A stretch of DNA of 64,000 nucleotides, from the NCBI GenBank assembly GCA_965248925.1, contig CBDFLE010000004.1, positions 220,748 through 284,747 of the forward strand, read 5' to 3'. Both the position numbers and the translations under genes were made by a program. The DNA comes from Candidatus Multivoradales bacterium (lineage in GTDB: Bacteria > Acidobacteriota > Thermoanaerobaculia > Multivoradales > J023). How positions within the stretch are numbered: the stretch's first letter is position 1; each line of letters starts with the position of its first letter. Below, one piece after another: positions 38,098-48,314 of the stretch. The notes below the pieces were generated by a model that worked only from the letters and a program-made list of their open reading frames with translations, made no database searches and was not told the DNA's origin.

Positions 38098-39359
38098 GCC
38101 CCCGGTGAGCGGCGGACGCCTCTCGCCTCGACCACCACCCCCTCCCACCCAAGTGGTCCGGGTCTGCGCGTCCCGCGCTGCGGCCGGCTTCGCCGTCCTC
38201 CGCTCGCGGGCCACGCAGCCCTCGGCAGTGTTTGTTTTCGCACCCCTGCCCGCCCCGGCCCGAGCGTCTGCGATCCACCGCCCGTGCCCTCCGACCACCG
38301 GCCCGGCGCGGGGCTTTCAAATAGTCCAAGAAAGAGTCTTCGAAAAGCTCACCCCAAGCTCCGCCGGGGCGTGTGTCCCTCCGGTCGCTACGCTCCCTGC
38401 GGGCACGGGCCAGCCGCTCGGCAAGCCGCGCGCCACCTGGGCCCCTCCTCGGACCTCCCAGGTGTCACGCGGCTTGCATGGGTCGCTGTCCGATAGTGGC
38501 GCCACTATCCGACCTGGCCCTCACACGCCCCGGCTCCGGGCCTGCGGCCTTTCCATAACGCGTGCATTATGGAAACTTGGAGCGAGCACGCTGGTGGCCG
38601 TCAAAGGCCAGCGGCTTCGGCCCGCTTCGCTCCAGAAGCCCCGCTCCGGGCCTCCTCGCCAAGATCCACCGACTTGCACTGCGATGGCTCGGGCCGGTCC
38701 CGTCCGCCCCCTCAAGGGGGCTCCCCTCGCCTCCTCCCAAGACCCACCCGCGCGCCGGGTCCTCCGTACCCTGCGCGCGGCGCCCTGCGGTCGCCGTGCT
38801 CGGCTCCGGCCCCGCCGCCAGCCGCCCGAGAAGAAGACCCCCACCCACCCCGGCCACCAGCTACGCTCGTGGCCGGCCGCCACCACGCCCCCAACGTGCA
38901 GATTGGCTTGGCGGCTGCGCCGCCGGCACCAAACTGCCGGGAAGACCCGCACTCGCTCCGACGATCAGCCCGACGAAAACGACCGAAGAAAACACCCCCC
39001 AGCCGAGGAAAGCGGCCTAAGAAAACCGAACCCCACCCACCTACCCGCACCAACCACCCTCCCTCCTTTAGCCGCTGTCTTCGAGTGCCACCAGCGGCGT
39101 AGGATGGCCCGGCATGAGGCAGACAGCTAAAGGAAGAAGCATCTGGACGGCGGCGCTCGGCTTGGTCGTCGCGCGCTTGACGATCACGCTGCCGGCGACC
39201 GCGACCACCTCGGCGGCCGAGTCGAGCTACGCCGAAACTCGCCTCTGGGCCTCCGAGTACCAAAAACCCGCCGGCAGTAGGGCCGATCAAGGCTTAACTG
39301 CAACAGGCATAGAGGGTTAACGGCTCGCTAGCTGGGAACTTGCGTCGGGCTATCCCCTT

Positions 39360-41790
39360 TCGCCGAGGGGGGCACCGCGACCGTCGAGAACACCTTCACC
39401 CACGACGCTTTGGGCCGTCCGCTGAGCGAGAGTCTGCCGCACGGTGGCAGCCGCAGCTGGCAATATGACGTCCGTGGCAACCTGACTCGTTTTGCCGACG
39501 CCGACGGCCGCGTCTGGACCTGGCAATACGACGGCCTCGACCGCCGGCTCGCCGAGCAGGCTCCGGGAGGTGTTGACCTCAGCCACACCTATGACCAGGC
39601 TTCGCGGCCGCTGACCTACACCGACGCTCTCGGTAACCAGACCCGCTGGGTCTACGACATTCTGGGTCGGCGCACCGACTGGCTGCTCAACGGCGTCGGA
39701 GTAGAGATCTACGGCCACGACGAGAGCGGCAACCCAACCTCCATCCTGCGCGCCGACGGCAGCCGCATCGACCAGAGTTTCGATGCCGCCGGCCGGCTGA
39801 TCAGCCGCCAGATCAACCTCCCTGACGGCACCCTGGGCGAGGCCGAGAGCTACGCCCATGACGCCCTGGGGCGGATCACTCAGCAAACCGCGGGCGGCAT
39901 CTCCACCCAGCACAGCTTCGACTCGTTGTCGCGGCTGACCGCCGAGACCACCGCTGGCCTCACCGTCGGTTACCAGCACGATGCCGCCGGCAACTTGATT
40001 CAGATCACCTATCCCTCGGGTCGCCGGGTCGACATCGTGCCCGACGGGCTCAATCGCCCCTCCACGGTCGCCTGGGCGGCGCCTGGGCCGCCCGAAGTCA
40101 AGGTGCGCTACGGCTACCGCGGCGGCAACCTGATGTCCTCCCGCAGCTTGGCCCAGCTCACCGGAGTGAAGACTTTTGATGCCGGCCGGCGCACCGCCGG
40201 CTGGCAAGTCCAGGATGCCGGCAACCAGCTGTTGCTCGGCGAAAGCCTGACCTGGACCCCCGGCTCGCGGCTGGCCACCGCCACCCGCACCGATTTAGGT
40301 GGTCTCACCCGTCGTTACGGCTACCAGGACGGTCGCTTGATCTCGGCCATCCAGACTGGCGGCCCGGCCTCCAGCACCCCGGCCACCACCGGCTGGGCCG
40401 ACATTCCCGAGAGCTTCACCTACAGCTACGACCGAGCCCAGAATCTGCTGGGGATGGACTTCGCACAAAGCTGCGCAGCCACCCAGGTCGCCCTACCGCT
40501 GGATGCCAGCGGCTGGAACCGCCCGGCTTCAGTAGCCGGCGAAGCGCTCCAGTGGACCGCTCGCCAGGAGCTGGCGAGCAAAGGAAACTTCAACTTCACT
40601 TACAGCTGGGACCACCGTCCGATCGAACTCAGGCGCAACGGGGTGACGATCGCCTCCTACAAATACGACTCCCAGGGACGCCGGGTAGAGCGCAAAGTCG
40701 GCGCCGACACCTACACCACCGTCTGGTCCGGCTGGCAGCCGATCGAAGAGTACAAGAACGGTCTATTGCACAGCCGCCGCACCTACGGCGTCGGCCTCGA
40801 TGAACTCATTCGCCTCGAAAGCGACCTCGACGGCGACGGTGTTCTAGAGCAGGAATACCTGCCCTTCTACGACACGATCGGCAACCTCGTCCTACTCACC
40901 AACGAGGCCGGCAAGCCCATCGAACGCTACGCCTACGGCCCCTACGGTCGGCAGTGGATCGTCGCCGACTCGACAGCGCCGGTAGTCGAGCAGATCCGCA
41001 TGAAAGGCGACGAGCTGTGGCTCGAACTCTCAGAAGAAGTGCGGCTCGACCGCCTGCAAGCCGCCGCAAGTGCCGGCACGCTGACGCTGGTCAACGCCCT
41101 CGGCGAAGAGATCAGCTTGCAGATCGAGCAGCCCGTCGACAGCGGCCGCGCCGCCCGGCGGCGCGTGGTGCTCAGCGAGCTGCCGAGTCAGAACCCCTCA
41201 CGCTGGCCAGCGGCGGGAGAGATTGCCACCCTGACCATCCCAGCCGGAGCCCTGGTCGACCTCTTCGAAAACAAAGGCGCTGCCGTAGCCGAAGCCATGA
41301 CTTGGCCGGCCATCGCGGACGAGATCCACAGCGACACAGCCCCTCCCCAGCTGCTCCAGGCTTGCGTCACGCCGCAGAGAAAAGTCGAACTGGAATTCAG
41401 CGAGCCCCTCGACGAAGCGACCCTCAACACCATTCAGCTCAACAGCGTGGCAACCACCTGGACCGTCTCCGCCGATGGCTACCGCCTGACCAGCGGCGCC
41501 CTCGCGGTCGGCTCCAACACCCTGCTGGTAGACGGCGAACTGAAAGACCTCGCCGGCACCTCGCTAGCCGGCACCGTGAGCGAGAGCTTCATCGTCAGCC
41601 AGGGTCAGGGCTCGATCATCCACAGCGCCCCCTACCCTGGCCAGATCTCCACCTCGGCTACCGGTAACCCGTTTGGCTTCAAGGGCTTGCCGCGAGACCC
41701 GGAGAGTGGGCTGATCTATGTGCGCAACCGCTACTACGATCCAGAAATGGGCCGGTGGATTACCTCCGATCCTCTGGGACTCGTCGATGG
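39360..41790 (+). repeat. ~2.4 kb direct duplication of the Rhs B 3' core (28783-~31210)
   Basis: Near-identity starts at TCGCCGAGGGGGGCACCG (offset 10577) and ends just before the toxin tips. Confidence 0.9.
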
Positions 41791-42763
41791 GCCGGGGCAG
41801 TATGCCTTTGTCGGCGGGGATCCGGTGAATTTTGGCGACCCGATGGGACTCTTCAATGTCGGGTTGGGGCCGTGTGGTGCAGTTGTAGATGCCGAGAGGC
41901 GAGCAGAGTGCCTGGCGAAGTCTCGGTTGGGGGCTCAGCAGTTTGACCAGGCTGTCACTACCGCGTTAGCCAATCCCTATGTACAGGGCAGCCTTCAAGT
42001 CATCGGTGGTTGTACCGAAGCAATTGTCGGAGGTGCTGCCGTGCTTTCCGGTGTGGGTGCTCTGCCGGGTGGTCTCGCTCTTGCCCATGGCACCGACCTG
42101 TGCGGAACGGGGATCATCACGCTCATCGTGGGCGAGACTCAGGAGACTCTCTTCTACCAGGGTGCAACAGCTGGCTTGGTGGCAACCGGAGTCGATCCAT
42201 ACTATGCTGGTTGGGTTGCGGCAGGGCTCGATATCGGAGCAGGCGTTGGCGCTTCTTGGGCTGTTGGGCGCTCGTTTGCGCGAGCGGGTGGTCGCACAAA
42301 CAGGATTGTCGCTGAGACGGCAGGTAAGGCTCGTGCTAGGAAAAGCCATATTCCCAACCACAAAAGAGGCATTGTCGGAAATATTGAGCTTGACAAATAT
42401 ATAAATGCGCTTGGTATGTATGAGCATGGATCTCCAAATATCATCATTAACAGAGGAAAAATCGTTAGAGGGGCTCGTGCGTTCAACTTATCCCCGAGGG
42501 ATATTTTGTACGAGACCGTCTATCATGAATCTTTCCATAGGGGGCTCTTTCCGTTCAGAAAGAGAATCGGGTCAATATTGGGGACTCAAGATCCCTATTC
42601 CAGCAGCCGTGTTTATAGGCTTACAGAAGAGTGGCTTGCGGAGATGTACGGAGTTTCCCGTGCTTCGGTGCGAGCAGGAAAAGGACCGATAACGTCCTGG
42701 CAGTCATTGGTTCGAGCAAACAGGAAATGGTGGGATGAGACCAGACAATTCTACATGGACTAG
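39361..42763 (+). CDS. Orphan Rhs core + tip 3 (hydrophobic region and gluzincin-like HExxH domain); no convincing start codon
   Basis: YD repeats; GLIYVRNRYYDPEMGRWITSDPLG...DPMG (tip from 41849); YHESFH followed by EEWLAE. Confidence 0.82.
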
Positions 42764-42782
42764 GCTGTTTTGGCAGCGCAAG

Positions 42783-43337
42783 ATGCGGAGGGGCGGAGAC
42801 GTAATCGCTAGGCTTGGGCGACAGGCCGCTATTGAGCTAGGCCGCGAAACAGGCCGCGAGTGTGCGCTCTTGAGGTATGGTCTGTGTCGACGTTTCTTGG
42901 TTGTCGAGAGCGGTGGGGTTGTCCTCTTCTTGGTTGGGTTAGTTGATTGCATGCCTTTGGAGCGGCGGATGGTAGGAGTGTGTGAGAAGACTCTGGATGT
43001 TCTGCTGCCAACAGAGCGTTCAGAGGATCTTGAAAGAGTTCGGAAGGCGTTAGGAGTACCGGACGGTGACCAAGCACGCCTTGTGGAGATGCTCAGTTGG
43101 GAGATCTGTGCCATCCAGAAGAAGACACTTTCAGTTCGTGTCGAGAGCCAATCTCAGGCAGCGGCGATGGGTTTTGAAGATGCCTTTGTCAGAGCCCGTA
43201 GGGAATATGTGGACTGGGAGATTTGGTGGCAGAAGTGGGATGGACTTCTCTATGCGTTTAGTGTTGACAACGGGAGGGTCCAGAAAGTGCCTGTTGAAAA
43301 GTTTGTGGGTGAGTACGAAGTGATATTTTTGCGATAG
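42783..43337 (+). CDS. Putative immunity protein 3 (start uncertain, 42735 or 42783)
   Basis: Directly after tip 3; lower GC; the end motif follows 2 nt after its stop. Confidence 0.6.
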   Translation: MRRGGDVIARLGRQAAIELGRETGRECALLRYGLCRRFLVVESGGVVLFLVGLVDCMPLERRMVGVCEKTLDVLLPTERSEDLERVRKALGVPDGDQARLVEMLSWEICAIQKKTLSVRVESQSQAAAMGFEDAFVRARREYVDWEIWWQKWDGLLYAFSVDNGRVQKVPVEKFVGEYEVIFLR

Positions 43338-43339
43338 AT

Positions 43340-43352
43340 TGTCCCGTCCGCC
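43340..43352 (+). repeat. Partial end-motif copy
   Basis: TGTCCCGTCCGCC between immunity 3 and the IS3 left end. Confidence 0.7.
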
Positions 43353-43357
43353 CCCTC

Positions 43358-44666
43358 TGTGCCAATGTAAGTGAGACACTCCCGTACCGATAAATTAGTG
43401 AGGGCGTGGAGAGCAAACACCATGGCGAGTCCAAGCCACGAGCTGCGAGATATGAGTGCTGACCGACCAGATCCCGAGGTAACTGAGAAGGCGAAGCGGC
43501 GGCGGTACAGCGCGTCGTACAAGCTGAGCATCGTCCAGGCCGCCGACGCGTGTAGCAAGCCCGGCGAGATTGGCGCCCTGCTTCGCCGGGAGGGTCTGTA
43601 TTCATCTCTACTATCGAATTGGCGCCAACAACGCGATGCCAGTGCTCTGGCCGGTTTGTCGAAGAAGCGCGGTCGTAAGCGTCGGTCGGTCTCTGCTGAG
43701 GCCCGCCGCGTCGCGGAGCTTGAGCGTGAGATTGCCCGGCTCAAGCATCAGCTGTACAAAGCCGAGACGATCATCGATGTCCAAAAAAAACTTTCCCGAC
43801 TGCTAGGGATCGAGCCGAGCGAGAGCCAGTCATGAGCGCTGTGGCGCCGCTGGCATTGACGGTGGGGGTGCAAGCAGCCTGCGTCGCCTTGGCGGTCCCC
43901 AGAGCCACTTTCTATCGCCGCCGTCGGCAGCAGAGCGCAGGGCCGAGACTATTGACGCGGCGTCGACCGCCGCTGGCATTGACGCCCGCTGAACGCCAGG
44001 AGGTCCTCGATGTGTTGCACTCGGAGCGCTTCGTCGACCGCTCGCCGCGTCAAGTCTGGGCGGCGCTGCTGGACGAGGACCAGCGCCATATCTGCTCGGT
44101 GCGCACCATGTACCGGGTCCTGGAGTCTGAGGGCGAGCTGCGCGAGCGACGCCGTCAGCGGCGTCATCCCAACTACACCAAGCCCGAACTGCTGGCCACA
44201 GGGCCGAACGAGGTGTGGTCGTGGGACATCACCAAGCTCAAGGGCCCGGTGAAGTGGACCTACTACTACCTTTACGTAATTCTGGACGTCTTCAGCCGCT
44301 ACATCGTCGGCTGGATGCTCGCCTCCCGCGAGTCCGGAGGACTCGCGAAGCGGTTGATCGCCGACAGTGTTGAGAAGCAAGGTGTTGAGCGAGATCGACT
44401 TACCTTGCACTCGGACCGCGGTTCGAGCATGACATCCAAGCCAGTGGCTCTACTGCTGGCCGATCTCGGGATGACACGGTCGCTGAACCGGCCCTACACG
44501 AGCAACGACAATCCGTTCTCTGAGGCCCAGTTCAAGACGCTCAAGTACCATCCGAGCTTTCCCGACCGCTTCGGATCACTGGAAGATGCACGAGCGTTCT
44601 GCCGCTCGTTCATCGGCTGGTACAACACGCAGCACTACCACACAGGACTCGGTTTGTTGACGCCAG
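43358..44666 (+). mobile_element. IS3-family element, truncated at its right end
   Basis: Probable left IR TGTGCCAATGTAAGTGAGACAC; orfA/orfB in -1 phase with an A8 run at 43783-43790; no matching right IR seen. Confidence 0.8.
43422..43835 (+). CDS. IS3 OrfA (HTH)
   Basis: PDPEV.EKAKRRRYSASYKL...GALLRREGLYSS..W...IIDVQKK; exact start uncertain. Confidence 0.82.
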   Translation: MASPSHELRDMSADRPDPEVTEKAKRRRYSASYKLSIVQAADACSKPGEIGALLRREGLYSSLLSNWRQQRDASALAGLSKKRGRKRRSVSAEARRVAELEREIARLKHQLYKAETIIDVQKKLSRLLGIEPSESQS

Positions 44667-44701
44667 TGTCCCGTCCGCCGCGTCCACGATCAAAATCGTA
44701 G
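43832..44701 (+). pseudogene. IS3 OrfB DDE transposase, C-terminally truncated
   Basis: PNEVWSWDIT, LHSDRGS, NDNPFSEAQFKTLKY; ends GLLTP followed by motif-encoded VSRPPRPRSKS. Confidence 0.8.
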
Positions 44702-44893
44702 CCAAACGGCCACTTTATTGGTCGCCTGCCCTCGTTGATGGACCCGCTCCTTGTCGCTCCTCCTCAGCTCACGCCGAGAATCTGCCAAACCGACGGCGAT
44801 CTTCGCTTGCTGCCGAGAATCCGAGGCGCCTGAGCGAGCCTCACCGTGGACAGCGCGTCGCAGCAGCCCATCAACTCGCCAGCCTGAACCGCT
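44667..44893 (+). repeat. End motif plus conserved ~225-bp non-coding segment downstream of the integrase
   Basis: Near-identical to 18813-19038 and 48849-49073. Confidence 0.85.
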
Positions 44894-45808
44894 CTACTTG
44901 GGCGCATAGAAGCCAGAGAGCACTCCTTGCCAGGCGGTCATGAATCGTAGGTGCCCTCGTGAGGGCTGGCGGCCGGTCCAGATCTCTGCCGGTGTGCAGC
45001 CGTCGAGGTTCTGATGCGGGCGCAGTTCGTTATACCAAAACCGGAAGACATCCAACTGCCGCTGGGTCTTGTGGCCTTGCGCCAGCGGCTCGCGCCGCCG
45101 CCGCAGGCGCTCTTTGAAGGTGCCGAAGAACCGCTCGATGCGCCCGTTCTGCCACGGCGAGGCTACCTGAGTTCGCTGGTGGCGAATGCCGAGAAGAAAG
45201 AGTGAGAGCCGGAAGATCCAAGAGGTGAAGACGGGCTCGTTGTCGGTGCGCAAGCAATTTGGCTTGCCGCAAAGCTCGATCGCGTCGAGCAGCTGGCGTA
45301 CCAGCTCGACTGAGGCTTTGGTCTTGACAACCTGAAGGCACAAGCAGAGCCGAGCGCCGTGATCCAGCAGGCCGAGAATCATCTCTTTCTTGCTGGCGGT
45401 GTTGTCAGCGTAGGTGAGATCGGCGGCCCAGATCAGCCGCTTGCCGCCGAACCCAGGTTTCCTTCTGCGGACCTTCTGACGCCAAGCAAGAATCTCCAGC
45501 CGGTGCTCGTTGAAGATCATTGCAACGTAGCTCTTGCCCACCGTCGTTCGGCGATGGCGGTAGTTGCGATTGAAGGCTGCCGCGATCGCCCTACAGCCAT
45601 CGTCGGGCTGCAACGCTTTGAGCCGAATCACCGCTTGGCGCACCCACTTGGGCTTGGGCCGGCAGAAGCCGCGATAGGTCGTTGGGCCGCGTGGACACCC
45701 AGCTCGGCGGCGGTGCTTTGCCCTGGGTTGCGGGACGAGCGAAGTGAGTGCAAGAATCAGAACCAACACGAAGGCACAGAGCAGGATGCCGGCAAGGTCG
45801 GGAGTCAT
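44894..45808 (-). CDS. rve/DDE integrase-core protein (304 aa), intact
   Basis: WAADLT, RTDNEPVF, NGRIERFFGTFK DDE triad; WYNELRPHQ; hydrophobic N-terminus; AGGA RBS. Confidence 0.88.
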   Translation of the reverse strand: MTPDLAGILLCAFVLVLILALTSLVPQPRAKHRRRAGCPRGPTTYRGFCRPKPKWVRQAVIRLKALQPDDGCRAIAAAFNRNYRHRRTTVGKSYVAMIFNEHRLEILAWRQKVRRRKPGFGGKRLIWAADLTYADNTASKKEMILGLLDHGARLCLCLQVVKTKASVELVRQLLDAIELCGKPNCLRTDNEPVFTSWIFRLSLFLLGIRHQRTQVASPWQNGRIERFFGTFKERLRRRREPLAQGHKTQRQLDVFRFWYNELRPHQNLDGCTPAEIWTGRQPSRGHLRFMTAWQGVLSGFYAPK

Positions 45809-45858
45809 TCCTTGACAATACCGATCTCACGCAGCCTAGCCCGAGGTGCCGCGCTGCC

Positions 45859-45972
45859 TCACGTATCACCTCCCGAATGCTAGAAGCCCGGCTTGTGCAA
45901 CTCCAGCACGAACTCCACCTCGGCGGCCCTCGTCTCGTAGTCACGCCGCTCCTTCGCCGCCGCGATCCTGGC
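45859..45972 (-). pseudogene. 3' remnant of the 155-aa hypothetical gene
   Basis: Homology to the 50039 copy stops at CGCGATCCTGGC. Confidence 0.7.
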
Positions 45973-45997
45973 CACGTCGAGGCGGCATTACATCCAC

Positions 45998-46199
45998 GGT
46001 CGGATCACCGAGCAGATTACCCCCAACCAGAGCAAGACCACATTTACCAACTCCCTTGAGGACGGCTACTTGACTCAGGTGGTCGCCGACGCCCAGAACC
46101 TGGCTCTGAGCACCGACTTTCTGGAGCGCGATCCCCGTGGCAATCCGTTGCGCTGGCGTGACCCGCGCGGGGTGATTCAGGAAGCTGAGTACAACGCCC
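45998..46199 (+). pseudogene. Short fragment of a B-type Rhs shell
   Basis: Matches ~27741-27939 (TQVVADAQNLALSTDFL.RD.RGNPLRWRDPRGVI). Confidence 0.75.
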
Positions 46200-46220
46200 C
46201 CGGCGCTGGCCCAACGCCAA

Positions 46221-48314
46221 GGCAACACGCCCCCCGACGTGGCCCTGTTGGCTGACTTGCCCGAGCGCACTAGCTACCAGCACGACAACGCCATGAACCT
46301 GATTCGCAGCAGCACCACCCAGCGTGGCATCGAGCAGATCACCGATTTGCCGCCCGACAATCGCAATCGTCCCAGCGCCTTCGGCGGCGTTGCCCTCGAA
46401 TGGGATGCCGCCGGCAACATGAAGCGCAAAGGCGATATGCAGATGTACTATGATTTACACAACCGCCTGACGCGGGTCGCCCGCGCCGGTGTCGAAGTCG
46501 CCAAGTATCACTACGACGCCTTCAACCGCCGGGTGAAGGCCGAAACGCCGACACACACTGAGGACAGCGTCTGGGACGGCTGGCAATCGTTAGAAACCTA
46601 TCGCGATGGTGCCTTGGCCTCGCGGCGGGTCTACGGCAACGGTATCGACGAGATCCTGCAACAAGAGGCCGACCTCGATGGAGATGGCACGGTGGAGCAG
46701 ACTTACTATCCGATCACCGACAGCACCGGCAACGTGGCGATGCTGACCGGAGCTGACGGCAAGCCCATCGAGCGCTACTTCTACACCCCCTTCGGCGGGC
46801 GCAAAGTGCTGGTCGACTCCACGCCCCCCGAGGTCGAACAAGTGCGGGTGCAAGACGGTGCACTGTGGATCGAGCTTTCTGAAGAAGTCTCCACCGAAGA
46901 ACTACAAGCCAGCCTGGCCGACGGTCGCATCCAGCTGACCCAGACCAGCGACGGAATGCCCCTGCCGCTGACCCTCGATCTGCCCGTCCAGGAAGGCCGT
47001 CAAGCTCGGCGAAGACTCGTGCTCACGCCGGCCACGCCGCCGGCCGACGGTGACAGCCTGCGGCTAGAAGTCGCCGCCAGCGCGCTGAGCGATACCTTCC
47101 GCAACCTGGCCAATGCCGGCGTCGACCTCACCTGGACGTGGGCTGTGGCCGATGAGGTGCTGCAAGATACCGCCGCGCCACGGGTCGCCGAAGTCCTGTT
47201 GCGATCACGCGTCGTCGAGATCCAGTTCAGCGAAGAGGCCGACCTCGCCGCGGCGGCCAGCGCGATCCTCTTAGACGGTCAGCCAACCAGCTGGACCTTG
47301 GCTGAAGACCGATACACCCTGGTCGCAAGCAATACTCTGGCAGCAGGCACTCACACCCTCGACATTGGTACAGACGCTCTCGACCTCGCCGGCAGCGGCC
47401 TGGCCGCTGCCTTCAGTCAAGCCCTCAACGTGCCGGCCAGCGGCGACCAGCTGGCCTTCCAGGCCGCCGACCCACGACTCAGCAGCACCAGTGCCGCCGG
47501 CAACGCTCATGGCTTCCATGGCCGGCCGGTGGATGAGGAAACCGGGCTGCTGTACTTTAGGAACCGTTATGTCGATCCGGAGATGGGGCGGTTTGTTAGC
47601 AGCGACCCGATGGGGTATGTGGATGGGCCTAGTGGGTATCAGTTTGCTGGGTACTCGCCGGGGGACTACTCGGACCCGATGGGTATGGAGATCATGGTCA
47701 CGGGCACCTACCAGAGTGAATACCTGAAATATCTGCAGCGACTTCTCTCGTTCAACATTAAGATCGACAAGGGCAAGGTAGTGCTCGATGGAGTGGCCGA
47801 CAAAAAGAAACTGCGGAGATCGCTCAAGGGCGGCGAGCGTGCTCTCTTGGATGCCATCACTAGGAAGCAGCAGGTTACGATTGCGACGAGTGGAAAGGAT
47901 GCGACGATTGACTTTGGTCGTTTCGATGGGGGCGGCAAAAACTCTATCGATATCAGTGATTTGAAATTGCTTGAAGGACCGAAGAATGCTGGCGGCGCGT
48001 TCACGCCAGAGCAGGTAGTCGGTCACGAGACCCTGGAGGCTTTCGCGGCGTCCAAGGGAGCCAGCTTTGCCGAGGCGCACAAGTTTGCGAATCGATTCTT
48101 CGGGGGGCTGGGAAGTCCCATCATGTCCAGCGTGAAAGCAATGGGCAATCCGGACAAAGGTACCTTGCTGCGAGTGTCTTTCAACCTACCGATTCAAGGT
48201 AGTCCGGGTCACAGTATTCGTATAACGCGCGAATTCTTAACACCGATCCAGCTAAACGCTCCTCCAAGCGGACATATCCCTGCCCATATTGTAGATGTGG
48301 AGAAGAAGCCGTGA
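46221..48314 (+). CDS. Orphan A-type Rhs core + tip 4
   Basis: Near-identical to Rhs A ~15993-17419, then a different tip after DPMG (47685) with GHETLE...EAH. Confidence 0.82.
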   Translation, partial: GNTPPDVALLADLPERTSYQHDNAMNLIRSSTTQRGIEQITDLPPDNRNRPSAFGGVALEWDAAGNMKRKGDMQMYYDLHNRLTRVARAGVEVAKYHYDAFNRRVKAETPTHTEDSVWDGWQSLETYRDGALASRRVYGNGIDEILQQEADLDGDGTVEQTYYPITDSTGNVAMLTGADGKPIERYFYTPFGGRKVLVDSTPPEVEQVRVQDGALWIELSEEVSTEELQASLADGRIQLTQTSDGMPLPLTLDLPVQEGRQARRRLVLTPATPPADGDSLRLEVAASALSDTFRNLANAGVDLTWTWAVADEVLQDTAAPRVAEVLLRSRVVEIQFSEEADLAAAASAILLDGQPTSWTLAEDRYTLVASNTLAAGTHTLDIGTDALDLAGSGLAAAFSQALNVPASGDQLAFQAADPRLSSTSAAGNAHGFHGRPVDEETGLLYFRNRYVDPEMGRFVSSDPMGYVDGPSGYQFAGYSPGDYSDPMGMEIMVTGTYQSEYLKYLQRLLSFNIKIDKGKVVLDGVADKKKLRRSLKGGERALLDAITRKQQVTIATSGKDATIDFGRFDGGGKNSIDISDLKLLEGPKNAGGAFTPEQVVGHETLEAFAASKGASFAEAHKFANRFFGGLGSPIMSSVKAMGNPDKGTLLRVSFNLPIQGSPGHSIRITREFLTPIQLNAPPSGHIPAHIVDVEKKP

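Larger units (their letters stand above)
32395..39359. mobile_element. Rhs-associated XRE-SymE-SymE-primase/ATPase-tyrosine recombinase-TA element
   Basis: Gene content; bounded by the end motif on the left and by the start of the duplicated Rhs segment on the right. Confidence 0.7.

Noticed and set aside
38105-39130. 341-aa ORF and overlapping ORFs after the TA pair
   Set aside because: Low-complexity Pro/Arg/Ala content with no recognisable domain; expected by chance at this GC content.
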